Part shown: piece after piece, positions 61,641 to 64,000 of the stretch | Layout of the letters: each line of letters opens with the position of its first letter | Numbering within the stretch: position 1 is the first letter of the stretch | The notes under the pieces: model-generated | Databases searched by the model: none | Seen by the model: the letters and a program-made list of their open reading frames with translations, nothing else | Told to the model about the DNA's origin: nothing | Made by a program: the position numbers and the translations under genes | NCBI GenBank assembly: GCA_964016885.1 | Contig: OZ024740.1 | Coordinates: 334,428,001-334,492,000, forward strand | Source: Eledone cirrhosa | Taxonomy: Eukaryota | Direction: 5' to 3' | Length of the DNA stretch: 64,000 nt

Positions 61641-62094
61641 ATGTATACACATTTTGATTACCTGTACAGGCAATATTTATTAGCATTCTGTTGAAGTCTG
61701 TATGCATTTCAGTGTTTTTTTGTGGCAGAATTAAGCATAATGTACTATAGTAAATATGACAGGAAGCTAATGTTTCCAAAGTGGCAATATGGAAACATGT
61801 GTCCATTTCCTTGTTTCATTATCCGTCAGATTCTTACTAATATATATCTCAGTGGTCTTACGCAGCGACTTGGTAAACCTTGGAATTGGAATTTTTCCAT
61901 TCTGTAGAGTGTAGTAAATCATATAATTTACTTTAACACATACTGAGTTATCTCTGCTTGTTTCATGCAATCCGTATTGCAGTGTATGTATGTATGTATG
62001 TATGTATGTATGTATGTATGTATGTACGCACGTATCTGTTTGCATGTGTATGCATGTGTATGTGTGTACATATGTATTTTCATCTATCTTTCTT

Positions 62095-62165
<71 letters not shown>

Positions 62166-62313
62166 ATATATTTATATATATATATATATTAGAAAGTGAG
62201 GTTTTTTTACAAAATGAAAAAAACCGAGGCGTCCTACACGAGTGAAAGTATAAAGAAAAAAAGATGAAATCGAAAATGCAACTGGAGTCTTATTTAAAAA
62301 AAAACAAAAAAAC

Positions 62314-62371
<58 letters not shown>

Positions 62372-63412
62372 TTACATATATATGAAACTGTATGTGAATT
62401 TGTGTATGTGTCTGTGTGTATGTGTGAATATGTGTGTTTGGTGCTCAGTGTGTGGGTGCAAATCTCTTGTTGAACTTGTCACAACTATTCTCTGAAAGCA
62501 TCACATTATTTTCTTGAATGAACCATAACTTAATCATAAAACGGAAAGTAATTATTGCCAAACTTCAACGATATCGAGCAGAACAACTCTAATGAACTAG
62601 ATTTTCAACACTGGTTAGTCCAGATCGCAATGAAAGAAAGTGGTAATCTCATTTGAATTTTCTTTCATAGTGAAATTAAATATTCTTTCTGGCGGTCCTT
62701 CGAATTATTTCGGTGCTTATAAGATTTAAACACCTTTAGAATTCCTGTTATCTTTAATGGAATTCTGTATGACCAATTTGTTGCTTAGTGTCTGTGATAA
62801 CCCGGCCACCTGATATTTTTATATTGAATCTTCTTATGTGTAGAATATATTTAATATTCCATGGCATATAACAGTGTATTGTGTTTTTTTATGATAATTC
62901 ATCTCATAACTTCGTTAATTATCAGTAAACCTCTCTATATGAATGACGTTTCCAAATTTAAATTTCTAAATTAATTATTATATAATAATCTTATAATTAT
63001 TGCGTGTTTTGATACGATATCCATCCGCATTTTGCTCCTTACATCGAAAGAAGTACTGTACAAGTTTAACTTTTGGCCAGAGTAACTACCCATATTTTAT
63101 TCCGATTAGAATTACCATACCCAATGTGACCTTTTTCATATGCTGTCATTTTTGAGTCATTTCAGTCATAATATTAGCAGGCAGATTGACCGTATAGAAA
63201 TTTCCTTCCTGATATACGTTTGAATTACATTTTAAATTAATTTTATTCTATGTAACATAATTTCAGTACATCTATTGCCATGTTATGTATGTTCCATATA
63301 CGGTTATGCCCATACAATCAAGTTACATTTTTCCTCGTTCTGTTTAAATTGTTCTCAAGTCAACTTTTTTTATTGAAATCGCAAAATGACATTTAGTTTC
63401 TTATCGTGTCAT

Positions 63413-64000
63413 CTATTTTACCCGACCTGCGCGAACTGCATCTATGACATTCTGAATGATGTCGGTAAAAGTGACATGCCGTGGGAGGTGACAGTCACTT
63501 CTACGACATGTCAGTGGGAGACAGTCGAAAGCAACCACTGTGGATCCACAGCGACATTTGTGTTGCTCGCAGATTCGAAGGTGTAGCTTCAAAGAAACTC
63601 CAATGCGCAGACACTGATACGGGCTATACATACGGAGCGAAGGTTATGACAGGTAATCTCCGTAGGGACACCATCTGTGGCCTCATCTAGATACCTCACT
63701 TTGAATGAAACCGTTATGCTATGAGCAACATTGTCTACCCGATATTGAAGAGGAGATTGCCTGCCGAGTCACCCTATGGAAAATCGATATAAGATATGAT
63801 TTTATTGGTGGTGAAGTGCTTGCACAGGTAACTTTACCATAAATAAGCCAGTGATCATACGCAAGGGGCACAGTTATTGGACGCTTAGAGCAAGGCTCAT
63901 GGTTCAGACGGCTGAAGGCATTTCTCTTTTCTATCGGTGTCTTTACATCCTGAATCTAGGTCATCCCCAAGCTTTGCAGTGCCAAAATCTGAAGCCATGG
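63413..64000 (-). pseudogene. Decayed CRE-clade RLE non-LTR retrotransposon remnant, running off the window edge
   Basis: LRIGVSLKLHLRICEQHKCRCGSTV....LTCRRS....RH..FTDII resembles the CRE-type LRLG...H.C.CG...H.L.C...RH..LND knuckle region. Confidence 0.6.

Overview
AT-rich, microsatellite-laden animal DNA with no recognisable host gene; the species cannot be determined from sequence alone. Positions ~4.6-38.4 kb form one ~34 kb array of non-LTR retrotransposons stacked almost without spacer, with most junctions in (TTA)n or (TTC)n(TTA)n microsatellite. The array holds two divergent R4/Dong-like RT+RLE families on the minus strand (family A: two intact 1130-aa copies, two decayed copies and a fragment; family B: one intact 1216-aa copy and one decayed copy). 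It also holds a Tx1-clade APE+RT element on the plus strand (intact ORF2, broken ORF1) plus fragments. Families A and B have very different proteins, yet share a homologous 5' non-coding module and a conserved 3' hairpin, and family B has a pseudoknot-forming leader with HDV-like topology. Downstream lie decayed Tx1, gypsy, LINE, mariner and CRE remnants, a Penelope-like element (probably Naiad clade) with inverted pLTRs and type I hammerhead motifs, a ~487-bp hammerhead-bearing retrozyme-like unit, and several inverted repeats. Coordinates and alignments were read by eye and are approximate to a few bases.
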